Shown here: in pieces, positions 17,491 to 26,419 of the stretch
Layout: every line of letters starts with the position of its first letter
How positions within the stretch are numbered: the first letter of the stretch is position 1
Virus record (IMG/VR): IMGVR_UViG_3300008120_000059
Span: 1-64,000 of that record
Source of the DNA: a virus
Lineage: Duplodnaviria; Heunggongvirae; Uroviricota; Caudoviricetes
Reading direction: 5' to 3' (one strand)
DNA length: 64,000 bases
Notes under the pieces: model-generated
Databases searched by the model: none
Seen by the model: the letters and a program-made list of their open reading frames with translations, nothing else
Told to the model about the DNA's origin: nothing
Made by a program: the position numbers and the translations under genes

Positions 17491-17955
17491 TTACAAATTT
17501 ATTTCTATGATTTGTCCTTTATCTCTTTTAAACAAAAATCTATAAATTTTTACAAACAAATGTATAATAGACATTTTAAATGCATATGTGAATCCGCTAC
17601 TGACATTTGTCAACCTATAAACGGTAATTAATAGTGAATCGTCAAAATGTCTTTTTAAAATAAAGTACCTATGATAACCATCAAAAATATAATTTTTGTT
17701 TGTTAGATAGATGTGACCCTTATTATAATCAAACCCTCTTTCTATTATATCTAATTCAATTTGTTTATGTATTGGTTTTAAATGAATTGATTTTACTCTT
17801 GTTTTAATTTCGGACATTGGTATTGTCTCTACTTTGACTTTAAAGCACCACCATTTATTACAAAAGAAATCACCGTCGTGCCTTTTTAACAATTCGGAAT
17901 TATATCTTCTATCAACAACTACTTTTATTTTTTCTAAAAAAGTCATATCCACCAT
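17491..17955 (-). CDS. ParB-like nuclease domain protein (154 aa)
   Basis: IFDGYHRY matches the DG(H/Q)HR signature of ParB/Srx-fold nuclease domains. Confidence 0.4.
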   Translation of the reverse strand: MVDMTFLEKIKVVVDRRYNSELLKRHDGDFFCNKWWCFKVKVETIPMSEIKTRVKSIHLKPIHKQIELDIIERGFDYNKGHIYLTNKNYIFDGYHRYFILKRHFDDSLLITVYRLTNVSSGFTYAFKMSIIHLFVKIYRFLFKRDKGQIIEINL

Positions 17956-18159
17956 TTATTCCCCTAACTCAAGATTATTTTTGCGTTTAGTCATTTCGTT
18001 AAAAACCTCAATTGACAAATTCGCCCTAAAATCATCTCTAGCACACTCATGGGGACTTAATTTTAAAAGTCTGTTCGCAACCTCATCTCTCCACTCGTGA
18101 AAGAATCCTTCATTAAAAGCCATCCATCCATAAAATTCGTGAGTTTCTGCGTTGTTCAT
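17956..18159 (-). CDS. hypothetical protein (67 aa)
   Basis: ORF. Confidence 0.35.
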   Translation of the reverse strand: MNNAETHEFYGWMAFNEGFFHEWRDEVANRLLKLSPHECARDDFRANLSIEVFNEMTKRKNNLELGE

Positions 18160-18170
18160 TTATTGTCGAT

Positions 18171-18350
18171 TTAAAATTTTGAGGCAATCATATACCCCAA
18201 ACAAAATGATGAGGTCACAGCAACCCAATAAAATAATGATTTAATTTTAAATGCTGTTCGATTGTGCTCTCCGTTTATGGTTGTTGCAGTTGCAAACAAC
18301 CAGGTTACAATTAGAAACAATATACCAAATGTTAATAAAACTATTTTCAT
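18171..18350 (-). CDS. small membrane protein (59 aa; below ORF-track cutoff)
   Basis: Reverse-strand ORF MKIVLLTFGILFLIVTWLFATATTINGEHNRTAFKIKSLFYWVAVTSSFCLGYMIASKF. Confidence 0.35.
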   Translation of the reverse strand: MKIVLLTFGILFLIVTWLFATATTINGEHNRTAFKIKSLFYWVAVTSSFCLGYMIASKF

Positions 18351-18388
18351 ACGTAAAGTATAAATATTTATCTTTATAAATCAAAATT

Positions 18389-18805
18389 ATGATACAAATA
18401 TCTCAAATCATTCTTCAAAACCCTGAAGGTAAATACTTGGTGTATTTAAGAGACAACAACCCAGATATCCCCTTTCCAAATCATTGGGACCTTATAGGTG
18501 GTCACGTTGAAAAAAGAGAAACACCATTAGAAGCGTTGAAAAGAGAAATGATAGAAGAAATTGAAACTGACTCGAGCAGTTTAGTTAGATTTTCTTTTTG
18601 GAAGAAGTATGTCTGTATTGAGGGTGATGTGTCCCCAAATATTAAATATATATTTCACGGTGTGATTGACAAACCTATTGAAGAAATTCCACTAAATGAG
18701 GGTCAGTATCTTAGATTTGTAACTCAAAGTGAGTTATCTGAATTAAATTTTGCAAACATTATGGGTAAGATAATGCAAGATTTCGTGAGAGAAAGATTTG
18801 GTTAG
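18389..18805 (+). CDS. NUDIX hydrolase
   Basis: Nudix box GGHVEKRETPLEALKREMIEEI (Gx5Ex7REUxEExGU). Confidence 0.7.
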   Translation: MIQISQIILQNPEGKYLVYLRDNNPDIPFPNHWDLIGGHVEKRETPLEALKREMIEEIETDSSSLVRFSFWKKYVCIEGDVSPNIKYIFHGVIDKPIEEIPLNEGQYLRFVTQSELSELNFANIMGKIMQDFVRERFG

Positions 18806-19341
18806 TATTTTAAAACTGTAAAATGAGACTCAAAGTTTTTTCTTGGAATCAAATACATATGTGACCTTTTCTCTTCAGGAATCAATACGTTAGTTCCAGC
18901 ATAAACCTCGTCACCACCTATCTTTACTTTGAAATTATTTTCTGAAATTAATTTTCTTAATTTATTAGTTTTAATCACCCAAATCTCTTTGATGTTCATA
19001 AAAACTATTACCCACAAATCTGATTTGGTTACCATTATTCCACTGTCCTTACCGTGCATCCTAAATTCAATACATAGGTTACCAGTATCTATACCGGGAA
19101 AATAGGCACCGTTTGGTAATGTTCTACCGGGTTGTACCCATTTGTCTTCTGTCTTGACTTCTGCAACCACATGGGTTTTAGTTGGGAAATTGAATATTAA
19201 ATCGAACTCTTTTAAATTACCATTTTCTTTTTCACTCTTCCCAACACAAATAGCATTGTATTCTCTTTCAAATACATCAATGACTACTTGTTCATTAGTT
19301 TGACCGATTTTTATATCTTCATGAAAATTCAGATTCCCCAT
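18802..19341 (-). CDS. hypothetical protein, possible PD-(D/E)xK nuclease (179 aa)
   Basis: FDLIF ... VAEVK arrangement resembles a D...ExK core; weak. Confidence 0.35.
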   Translation of the reverse strand: MGNLNFHEDIKIGQTNEQVVIDVFEREYNAICVGKSEKENGNLKEFDLIFNFPTKTHVVAEVKTEDKWVQPGRTLPNGAYFPGIDTGNLCIEFRMHGKDSGIMVTKSDLWVIVFMNIKEIWVIKTNKLRKLISENNFKVKIGGDEVYAGTNVLIPEEKRSHMYLIPRKNFESHFTVLKY

Positions 19342-19409
19342 CTTCGCTGGTTAAATACATTTTCTCATAGTGTTCCCACCATAAAATCTCTTCTTGTTCA
19401 GAAGTAAGT

Positions 19410-19637
19410 TTATTTTCCACAGGGACAATGTCCTGCGTGTGTGATTCCTGAACCATGACTTCTATCGATTATGAGATAAGTATGTCCCTTATGTTCCCAT
19501 TCAAAAACTCTGTATTCGGATTGATTACTAAGTTTAATAGTTTGGGGGTTATTCCTATCGTTTACAACTTGTTTTGTGTTTGGTTCAGAACATGATGTGA
19601 CGAGTAAAACAAATAAAATAATACTACTTAATCTCAT
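19410..19637 (-). CDS. lipoprotein (75 aa)
   Basis: MRLSSIILFVLLVTSCSEP signal/lipobox. Confidence 0.45.
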   Translation of the reverse strand: MRLSSIILFVLLVTSCSEPNTKQVVNDRNNPQTIKLSNQSEYRVFEWEHKGHTYLIIDRSHGSGITHAGHCPCGK

Positions 19638-20496
19638 CTAATTGAATTTCAATTTCTTGTTGTCCTTCTTTTACAACTTGACTACCGTCAGCCATTCTAT
19701 AATACTTAAACAAAACGTATTTATCGCCTTCGGTTGTTTTAAAATGTGTATGTTTGGTGTAAGGGTTTAGTTGAAAATCATGGTATAAATTTTTCCAAAT
19801 TACTCCATCTCCTTTTACAGGTTTTACACTTCTTTCAATTGAATTAAAAGTTAGATGTCCACCCTCAGTAATGTTATTCAATGATATTTGGACACTCCAC
19901 AATCTATTACCCATGTTTGTAAACAATTTGTCCTCCGATATTTGATTAGGTAGTAGAAAATCGTATTTTTCCTCATAATTGAATTCGGGTGTTATTTTTT
20001 GAATAAAAACATCTTCACCAAATGAATCTCGAATACCAATAACAGAATTGATTCTCTCATTTACTGTTTTATAAATCTCAGACTTTTTATCTAACTTATG
20101 AATCATGGGTGATTGCAAGTCCTTAGATTTTTTCTGTGAGTTTAATTTTTTGTCTGTAATCGATATCAAATCATCACATTCAATTAATGTTAATAATTCA
20201 GGGTAATGATAAATTTCAACTAAATTATTTTCAACTCTATAAGCTCTTGGGTTATCACATAGAGATTTATTGAACGGATAAAGTTCAACTTCGTAAGGTT
20301 GATTAAGGTTTTCCTGTGAATATTGTCTTTGCCAAATTAACGCGTTAGTTGGTTCAATTTCAAGTTCTCTTTTAATTAAATTGTAATCAAATCCATTATT
20401 AAGTAAAACATTAAAAATGGACTCTCTATCATATCCATTCACAATATTAGACCAAATCCATAGTTTCCATTCAGGAGTAAAAATTCTATTAATCAT
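19624..20496 (-). CDS. 2OG-Fe(II) oxygenase-like (prolyl 4-hydroxylase-type) protein
   Basis: C-terminal GGHLTF ... VKPVKGDGVIW ... HFKTTEGDKYVLFKY resembles the P4Hc jelly-roll motifs; HxD not clearly placed. Confidence 0.4.
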   Translation of the reverse strand: MINRIFTPEWKLWIWSNIVNGYDRESIFNVLLNNGFDYNLIKRELEIEPTNALIWQRQYSQENLNQPYEVELYPFNKSLCDNPRAYRVENNLVEIYHYPELLTLIECDDLISITDKKLNSQKKSKDLQSPMIHKLDKKSEIYKTVNERINSVIGIRDSFGEDVFIQKITPEFNYEEKYDFLLPNQISEDKLFTNMGNRLWSVQISLNNITEGGHLTFNSIERSVKPVKGDGVIWKNLYHDFQLNPYTKHTHFKTTEGDKYVLFKYYRMADGSQVVKEGQQEIEIQLDEIK

Positions 20497-20499
20497 ATT

Positions 20500-20754
20500 T
20501 TATTTTTTTATTTTTCTTTCGATTACATACACAGTATCACCTTTTTCATATGACCTGTACGATGTTATTTTCATTTCGGGGTTTTTTAGATACAATTTCC
20601 AATATGGAGTTGTTTGTAAAGTATTGTCACAACCAATTCCATGATATTCAACAGAATCAACAATACATGGGATTTTAGTGTCAGTATATTGTGTCTTGTA
20701 CTTGCAAGACATTAATATTAGACCCAAAAAAATTACAAATGTTAGATTTTTCAT
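20500..20754 (-). CDS. lipoprotein (84 aa)
   Basis: MKNLTFVIFLGLILMSCKYK signal/lipobox. Confidence 0.45.
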   Translation of the reverse strand: MKNLTFVIFLGLILMSCKYKTQYTDTKIPCIVDSVEYHGIGCDNTLQTTPYWKLYLKNPEMKITSYRSYEKGDTVYVIERKIKK

Positions 20755-20790
20755 ATTCTAAATATAAATGATTTTTTTGATAAAACAAAA

Positions 20791-21045
20791 TTAATCTTCA
20801 CAGAAACAATTGTTTCTTGAAAGAGCGATTAACTTGATGTGTTTTAAACATTCATTGTCGGCCCTAACTACCGCACCACACAAATCGTTATTCACAACAG
20901 ATTGAACGAAACTACCCCCAATGGGTCCAACCCCATCTCTTGTTCTCATTACCGATACAATGATGTTGATGATGTGTTCACTAACATCATCTTGTCCATA
21001 CCTCTTTACGAAGTCTTTTGCTGCACTATATAATTTTTCTTCCAT
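20791..21045 (-). CDS. hypothetical protein (84 aa)
   Basis: ORF. Confidence 0.4.
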   Translation of the reverse strand: MEEKLYSAAKDFVKRYGQDDVSEHIINIIVSVMRTRDGVGPIGGSFVQSVVNNDLCGAVVRADNECLKHIKLIALSRNNCFCED

Positions 21046-21048
21046 ATT

Positions 21049-21273
21049 TTAAACATTCCATGATGCCAACATTTGTCCTATATCATCATTCCTGTCCCTA
21101 CCGTCGGCTTTAAAATTATCATCATCCAGTGTAATATTTTTTGTGATTGTAATAATTCCTTTTTTTATCGCATCACATGGTTTTCTGTTACATGGACAAA
21201 TTCTATATTCGAATGAGGTGTTAATACCACATCTCACACATTCATAATAATCTTTTGTGGTTGTTGTTATCAT
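21049..21273 (-). CDS. zinc-ribbon protein (74 aa)
   Basis: CVRCG ... CPCNRKPC cysteine pairs. Confidence 0.4.
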   Translation of the reverse strand: MITTTTKDYYECVRCGINTSFEYRICPCNRKPCDAIKKGIITITKNITLDDDNFKADGRDRNDDIGQMLASWNV

Positions 21274-21281
21274 TATTAGAA

Positions 21282-21767
21282 TTAGTTGTCAAACCAAAAG
21301 ACAACTCTAAAACCATTCTCTTTAATCGTATACCTCTTTTGGTCATCATTTGTTATCCAAAATTCTTCTTTAAACCTATTGTCCATAGAGTCAACAAAAT
21401 ATTTTAAGTTCTCAACGATTTCTTCATTATCTGAATTATTGTACAGATAATCTTTGAGTTCTTTTAAGGTGTAGTAAGAAGCTGTATGGACCATATCACC
21501 TCTTTCATATTCCTTTCTTGTTGTCTCAGTCACATCCTCAGGTAAACCCCTTGGGTCCGCAATCGGGTCCATTGAACCTCTGACCTCCGCAAGAATTGAG
21601 AATAAATCATAATTTCTTCCCCAATAAAAAGCAACGTGGTCGTACTCCCTTTCGGAATCGTTCATTCCAAAATGTGGATTTATTTGCCAATGGTCAACAT
21701 TGACCCATTTATTTTCACCATTTACTGAAGTGTATTTTTCCAAATACACATGAATATCACATCCCAT
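21282..21767 (-). CDS. hypothetical protein (161 aa)
   Basis: ORF downstream of helicase. Confidence 0.5.
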   Translation of the reverse strand: MGCDIHVYLEKYTSVNGENKWVNVDHWQINPHFGMNDSEREYDHVAFYWGRNYDLFSILAEVRGSMDPIADPRGLPEDVTETTRKEYERGDMVHTASYYTLKELKDYLYNNSDNEEIVENLKYFVDSMDNRFKEEFWITNDDQKRYTIKENGFRVVFWFDN

Positions 21768-21803
21768 GATTCAAATATAATTAATAATTTTTAAAATGTC
21801 AAT

Positions 21804-23717
21804 TTAGTACTGAGATATCTTACCCAATTTAGTAACCTTGTTTCCCCTAAATTCTGAGTGTTCCTTTATTATGCCGTAAAAAGACACCTTTGAATTAATT
21901 GAAACGCTCTTATGTAAATTAGTTGTTAGGTATTCAGTATTAATTTCACCAAATTTAGAAAATATGTTACCATTTTTGTCAACCAAATCATAGACAGTTG
22001 TTGGCCCATAAAGACCATTCACGGTTCTAATATCGGTAACAGTTAGTTCAAAATAAATTTTCATACCAGGACTACCGACAAATTTACTCACCTTTAATTT
22101 GGATTCGTCAATGTCCCTTGATTTGTGGTTAACAAATGCATCAAAGTCGGTTACAAATCCTAAAGTGGTTTTGGCTCTTGTGTAAGCAACGTATTCTAAA
22201 TTTTTTTCTTGTTCAATTTGCCATGGTAAGGTTGCAAATTTCGATGGAAATAATTCTGGGTGGATAATAAAAACCCTTTCTGATTCAAGACCTTTAGATT
22301 TATGTACGTTACTCAAGCATATTCCACTTTTTTTATCATCTGAAAAGATATCATCGATTTTCTTTACAACAATTGCGGGGTCATCTATCCCGTGGGATAA
22401 CGCTTCTATTACTTGTATCTTTTCACCAAATAGAATTACTTGGTTATCCTCTAACGCTTCACTTCTTTTCATTGTGTGATTTGTCATTGTTTTTTCAATC
22501 AACTTTTCTTTGTCCTTAAGAAGACAACATATTACGTTTGTCATGTTATATTCTTCATTCTTCTTGTTGCAAGAAAGTATCATGGTTTTCAAAGACTTAC
22601 CAATATCAGAACCAATTATATAAGATTTTTTACCTTCACTTAATAATTTGATACACAATGAGACAACCGGAAATGTATTTCTACACAAAACCATGTCCCC
22701 ATCCATAATATCTTTATAGGAGAAGTTTTCAATTACTCTACCTGACCTATTTTTAGAATGAGCAATGATTGCTGGATTTATGTGTCGAACCAAATTTAAA
22801 ATCTCAGGCGAGACTCTATATGTAAAAGACAATGGTAATTCAACCGTGTTTGGTAGTTCTTTCAATTTTTGATATGACTCATGGTCAGCACCTGCAAAAC
22901 CATATATCGCTTGTTTAGGGTCACCTACAGCAATGAATCTACCACCATCAGGTTTCATTGCTTTTTGCATCAATAAACGGTGACAAGAATTCAAATCTTG
23001 ACATTCGTCTATAAAAACAAAATCGTAATTATCTCCCGAATGGTTCAAAATGATTGGTAAAGAAATCATGTCGGTATAATCGAGAACCTTTAGATAAGAC
23101 ATACCCAATTTAGACAGATACCATGCGGCAGTGGATTCACCATCTTGATTGTTCACAGAATGAAACTCTGCAATTTTATTTATCTCACCAACACCAATTG
23201 GTTTGATATCAAAATTTACTAAATGTTGTCTCGATAAATTACACAGAGTTACAACATCGGTAACAAATTTATACCTGTCAATATTCTCACCTTGAACAGA
23301 ATCATGGATGCCTTGAATGTACTTGTTTTGTTCTTCGTTGAATCCGTATTTGTCTAAACTATCGGGTTTTTCACCACTGTAAAAATTAATGATGTCCCAA
23401 AAAAGATTTCGATACTTTAAACTTTTTTCGTCAACACCACAATCATAGTTATTCCTCATGATTGTGTAACCGAAACCATGGACCGTTTTGACATCAATGT
23501 TCTTATTTTCGGGAATCCTTCTTTTTAATTCATCTCGTATACTAACATTGAATGCCAAAAACAATACTGATTTATCATCAGGTATTAAGTCCAAAGCTTT
23601 TAATAGTGTCGTCGTTTTACCACTACCAGCAACAGCAGAAACTACTGCGTTTCGAGTATCTTTTAAAATAAAATTGAAAATATCTTTTTGATATTTGCTG
23701 GGTGTAAATTTAGACAT
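21804..23717 (-). CDS. UvrD/Rep/PcrA-family superfamily 1 DNA helicase with ~100 aa C-terminal extension
   Basis: Walker A AVAGSGKTTTLLKA near N-terminus, DECQD-like FIDECQDL box, helicase motifs across 540 aa; extra C-terminal domain. Confidence 0.8.
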   Translation of the reverse strand: MSKFTPSKYQKDIFNFILKDTRNAVVSAVAGSGKTTTLLKALDLIPDDKSVLFLAFNVSIRDELKRRIPENKNIDVKTVHGFGYTIMRNNYDCGVDEKSLKYRNLFWDIINFYSGEKPDSLDKYGFNEEQNKYIQGIHDSVQGENIDRYKFVTDVVTLCNLSRQHLVNFDIKPIGVGEINKIAEFHSVNNQDGESTAAWYLSKLGMSYLKVLDYTDMISLPIILNHSGDNYDFVFIDECQDLNSCHRLLMQKAMKPDGGRFIAVGDPKQAIYGFAGADHESYQKLKELPNTVELPLSFTYRVSPEILNLVRHINPAIIAHSKNRSGRVIENFSYKDIMDGDMVLCRNTFPVVSLCIKLLSEGKKSYIIGSDIGKSLKTMILSCNKKNEEYNMTNVICCLLKDKEKLIEKTMTNHTMKRSEALEDNQVILFGEKIQVIEALSHGIDDPAIVVKKIDDIFSDDKKSGICLSNVHKSKGLESERVFIIHPELFPSKFATLPWQIEQEKNLEYVAYTRAKTTLGFVTDFDAFVNHKSRDIDESKLKVSKFVGSPGMKIYFELTVTDIRTVNGLYGPTTVYDLVDKNGNIFSKFGEINTEYLTTNLHKSVSINSKVSFYGIIKEHSEFRGNKVTKLGKISQY

Positions 23718-23718
23718 A

Positions 23719-23937
23719 TTACTTTTCGATAAACATGTTTGTATTTGAAATTGGTACTCTTAAAACAGGAATATTTTTTTCATCTCCATCCAATTTCTTC
23801 ATGACTTCATAGTAACCACTGTCACTTATTCTAACAGTTGGTGCATCTGTAATCATTTCTAATAATTTTGAAGATTCTTTTGGACCTTCGTAAAGCTTAA
23901 CTTCTTTTGTTGTTGTGTTAAAAATTAATGTTTGCAT
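23719..23937 (-). CDS. hypothetical protein (72 aa)
   Basis: ORF. Confidence 0.4.
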   Translation of the reverse strand: MQTLIFNTTTKEVKLYEGPKESSKLLEMITDAPTVRISDSGYYEVMKKLDGDEKNIPVLRVPISNTNMFIEK

Positions 23938-23943
23938 TTTTAT

Positions 23944-25053
23944 TTATTTTATGTTTAGTAAATATTTTTTAAATAATTCGTGCTCAACTGACACGCAGAT
24001 TCTAGAATATGATGACCATAAGTCCTTATCGTGATAAACAAACTTATCAAGACCAACAGCACCGATTCTATGTTGAAATAAGTAATCTTCCGATTTATTT
24101 ATAACCGCGAAGATACCTAATGGTTGACCACCTTGGTAAATTTCTTCAACCAGTAGGTTTTTCTCTTTTAGGTAATTTACATTCTTAAAGATATTATTAG
24201 TTGTTATATTTTTAAATTGTTCTAATGAACTTCTTCCTTCGGGTGTGGTTAAAACTTTCTCAATAATCATTTGAGATGGGGAACATACGGCATTGAATTC
24301 ATAAAGTAAACGAATGTTTAATTCTGAATTAAAATCCTTGTCCTTACAAAAAATGAAACCCATTCTTAAACCCGATAAACCTACCCATTTTGAAAAAGAT
24401 TCGGTGATAATAACATTATCAAGATGGGCAACTTTATCAAAGAAATCATCTTCATAAAATAACTTACGGTATGGTGAATCAAATATTATAATCGCACCTG
24501 TCATCGATATCTCATAAATCTTTCTGAAAAGAATGTTGTCATCTATTTTTACACCTGTAGGATTATTTGGGTCACAAATAAAAATACAAGATGATTCACT
24601 AAAATTGGATGCTTCTAAAGATTCTAATGATTCATAAAATGAAAAAGACTTTTGTCTAATTGTTGCCATTTTAGAATAAGAACCCCAATAAAATTTTGGG
24701 AAATAAATATTTTCTACATTTAATAATTGGATAACCAAATCTAACGCAGGCATACCACCTGGTGTGATTGCAATATTATTGATGAAATTAGGTGAATTTG
24801 CAAATGAAGGAAAATATTCTGAAACGATAGAATGTCTAAATGTTTCAATACCCAAGTTAGGTGCATATACTTGAAACTCTTTTGAGTTAAAATCAATTTG
24901 TTTCATAACTCCCGTCAAATCGATTTCCGTAACAGCGTTTACACCTCTATTTAATTCGAGATATGAATTACCTGATTCTTTTGCCGCCCTTTTAACTTTC
25001 TGACCAATCCCTACTATCGAAGAGAAGGTTGCATTCGATATATTTACTTTCAT
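23944..25053 (-). CDS. PLP-dependent aminotransferase, class I/II fold
   Basis: ITESFSKWVGLSGLRMGF (SFSK Lys motif), FDSPY (DxAY-like) block; 369 aa. Confidence 0.65.
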   Translation of the reverse strand: MKVNISNATFSSIVGIGQKVKRAAKESGNSYLELNRGVNAVTEIDLTGVMKQIDFNSKEFQVYAPNLGIETFRHSIVSEYFPSFANSPNFINNIAITPGGMPALDLVIQLLNVENIYFPKFYWGSYSKMATIRQKSFSFYESLESLEASNFSESSCIFICDPNNPTGVKIDDNILFRKIYEISMTGAIIIFDSPYRKLFYEDDFFDKVAHLDNVIITESFSKWVGLSGLRMGFIFCKDKDFNSELNIRLLYEFNAVCSPSQMIIEKVLTTPEGRSSLEQFKNITTNNIFKNVNYLKEKNLLVEEIYQGGQPLGIFAVINKSEDYLFQHRIGAVGLDKFVYHDKDLWSSYSRICVSVEHELFKKYLLNIK

Positions 25054-25125
25054 TATATTCTAAGTTAGTCTGTACTTACCACTAACAAAATATAATAAAA
25101 AGAAATCGTATTTCCAAAAATTAAT

Positions 25126-25150
25126 AAAAAAAAATCCCCTTTCGGGGATT
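25126..25150 (-). terminator. rho-independent terminator (ATCCCC-tttc-GGGGAT with A/T runs; bidirectional potential)
   Basis: Hairpin flanked by A9 and T-tract immediately 3' of ORF 25154..25510. Confidence 0.6.
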
Positions 25151-25153
25151 AAA

Positions 25154-25510
25154 TTAATATGGATTTTCAAATGTCAACGAGTCTAAGGACTCATCTATTT
25201 TGGAATTATACCACCCATTTATCCAACATTTTGTGGTATCACCAATTTTGGCGGGTTTATTGGTTAGTATTGTGACACCATTTTCAAATGTTATATGATA
25301 TTGATTTTGGAATATTTCTTCACAGGATACTACCGGTACAGGATACCACTCTTTTTCGCTCCTTGGTATAACTTCCTCACTTATTTCTTCCTCAACTATA
25401 TTTTCATCTGTAATATAGTTATGTATCTTTTCTTTATTAAAATGAAGAATACCAGTGAAAATTATGACCGTTATAAACGCCAAAAGAATCCTGACTTGTT
25501 TTATATCCAT
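25154..25510 (-). CDS. membrane-anchored hypothetical protein (118 aa)
   Basis: N-terminal hydrophobic helix. Confidence 0.45.
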   Translation of the reverse strand: MDIKQVRILLAFITVIIFTGILHFNKEKIHNYITDENIVEEEISEEVIPRSEKEWYPVPVVSCEEIFQNQYHITFENGVTILTNKPAKIGDTTKCWINGWYNSKIDESLDSLTFENPY

Positions 25511-25512
25511 GA

Positions 25513-25997
25513 TTAAAATTTTTCTTTTAATTTTTCAGTTTGAATTATGTCTTTCAATAATTTAACATACCCTTCACCCGCTTCGGCGTAGGTATTTGAT
25601 AAATACAAATAGTATTCATTTTCAGTATTAATCTGACCAAGGTATTGTTGATTCTAACTGTCGCCTGTTTCATACCAAACAGATTATTATTTTCCTTGAA
25701 AACTTGACTTTTGTAATGTCCCGTCTCAGCAATGGCTTGAGCCATAACAATATGTGGAAATTTAACGTTTAATCTTTTTAGTTCTGATACAAACTTATCC
25801 TCTGAAAATTTATTTTTTTCTTTTTCTAATGAAATTACGATTAATTCTTTTTCGTAACTGTCCAAACTTTTAAACCGTATAAAACGACCTAAAATAAATG
25901 AAGAGATTACCAAAACAATTACAACCGACAACGCGATTTTTACTTTTTTCCAATCCTTTTTCCAAAGGAGTAGAGAGTTATCATATTTGTAAAACAT
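25513..25997 (-). pseudogene. mannosyl-glycoprotein endo-beta-N-acetylglucosaminidase domain protein, frameshifted (or sequencing error)
   Basis: AQAIAETGHYKSQVFKENNNLFGMK matches the glucosaminidase block. The expected C-terminal block YAEAGEGYVKLLKDII is open in a different frame (25513-25630), which is entered after a TAG stop. Confidence 0.55.
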
Positions 25998-26038
25998 AAT
26001 TTTAGTGTTTGAGTGTTAGACAATTATTGTTCCAAAAT

Positions 26039-26419
26039 TTAACTTTTCGTAAAATGGTCCACGACCATTCTTGCACTTGAGTAGTTTGTAGCTAATGCCA
26101 CTTCGTGCACATCACAAACCCTCATTAACATTTGTACATCAGGTTCGTGCGGGTGTTTATCCAATGGGTCCCTAAAAAATATAACCGCATCGATTTCTTT
26201 TCTCGAGACCATTGCAGCAATTTCCGCGTCTCCACCCATTGGTCCTGAATTGACTTGTTCAACCTTTGTAACACCAGCAAACATTATTCTTTTACCTGTC
26301 GTACCCGTTGCAACAATATCAACATCGGTTCGATTAAAAAAATCTAATCGTTTCATTACAAAGGCAACCATGTCCGCCTTCTTACCGTCGTGTGCTATGA
26401 GTGCTATTTTCATAATCAA
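26039..26419 (-). CDS. mgsA: methylglyoxal synthase
   Basis: IALIAHDGKK, ATGTTG, SGPMGGD, IDAVIFFRDPL, PHEPDV blocks align with bacterial MgsA along the full 126 aa. Confidence 0.8.
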   Translation of the reverse strand: MIMKIALIAHDGKKADMVAFVMKRLDFFNRTDVDIVATGTTGKRIMFAGVTKVEQVNSGPMGGDAEIAAMVSRKEIDAVIFFRDPLDKHPHEPDVQMLMRVCDVHEVALATNYSSARMVVDHFTKS

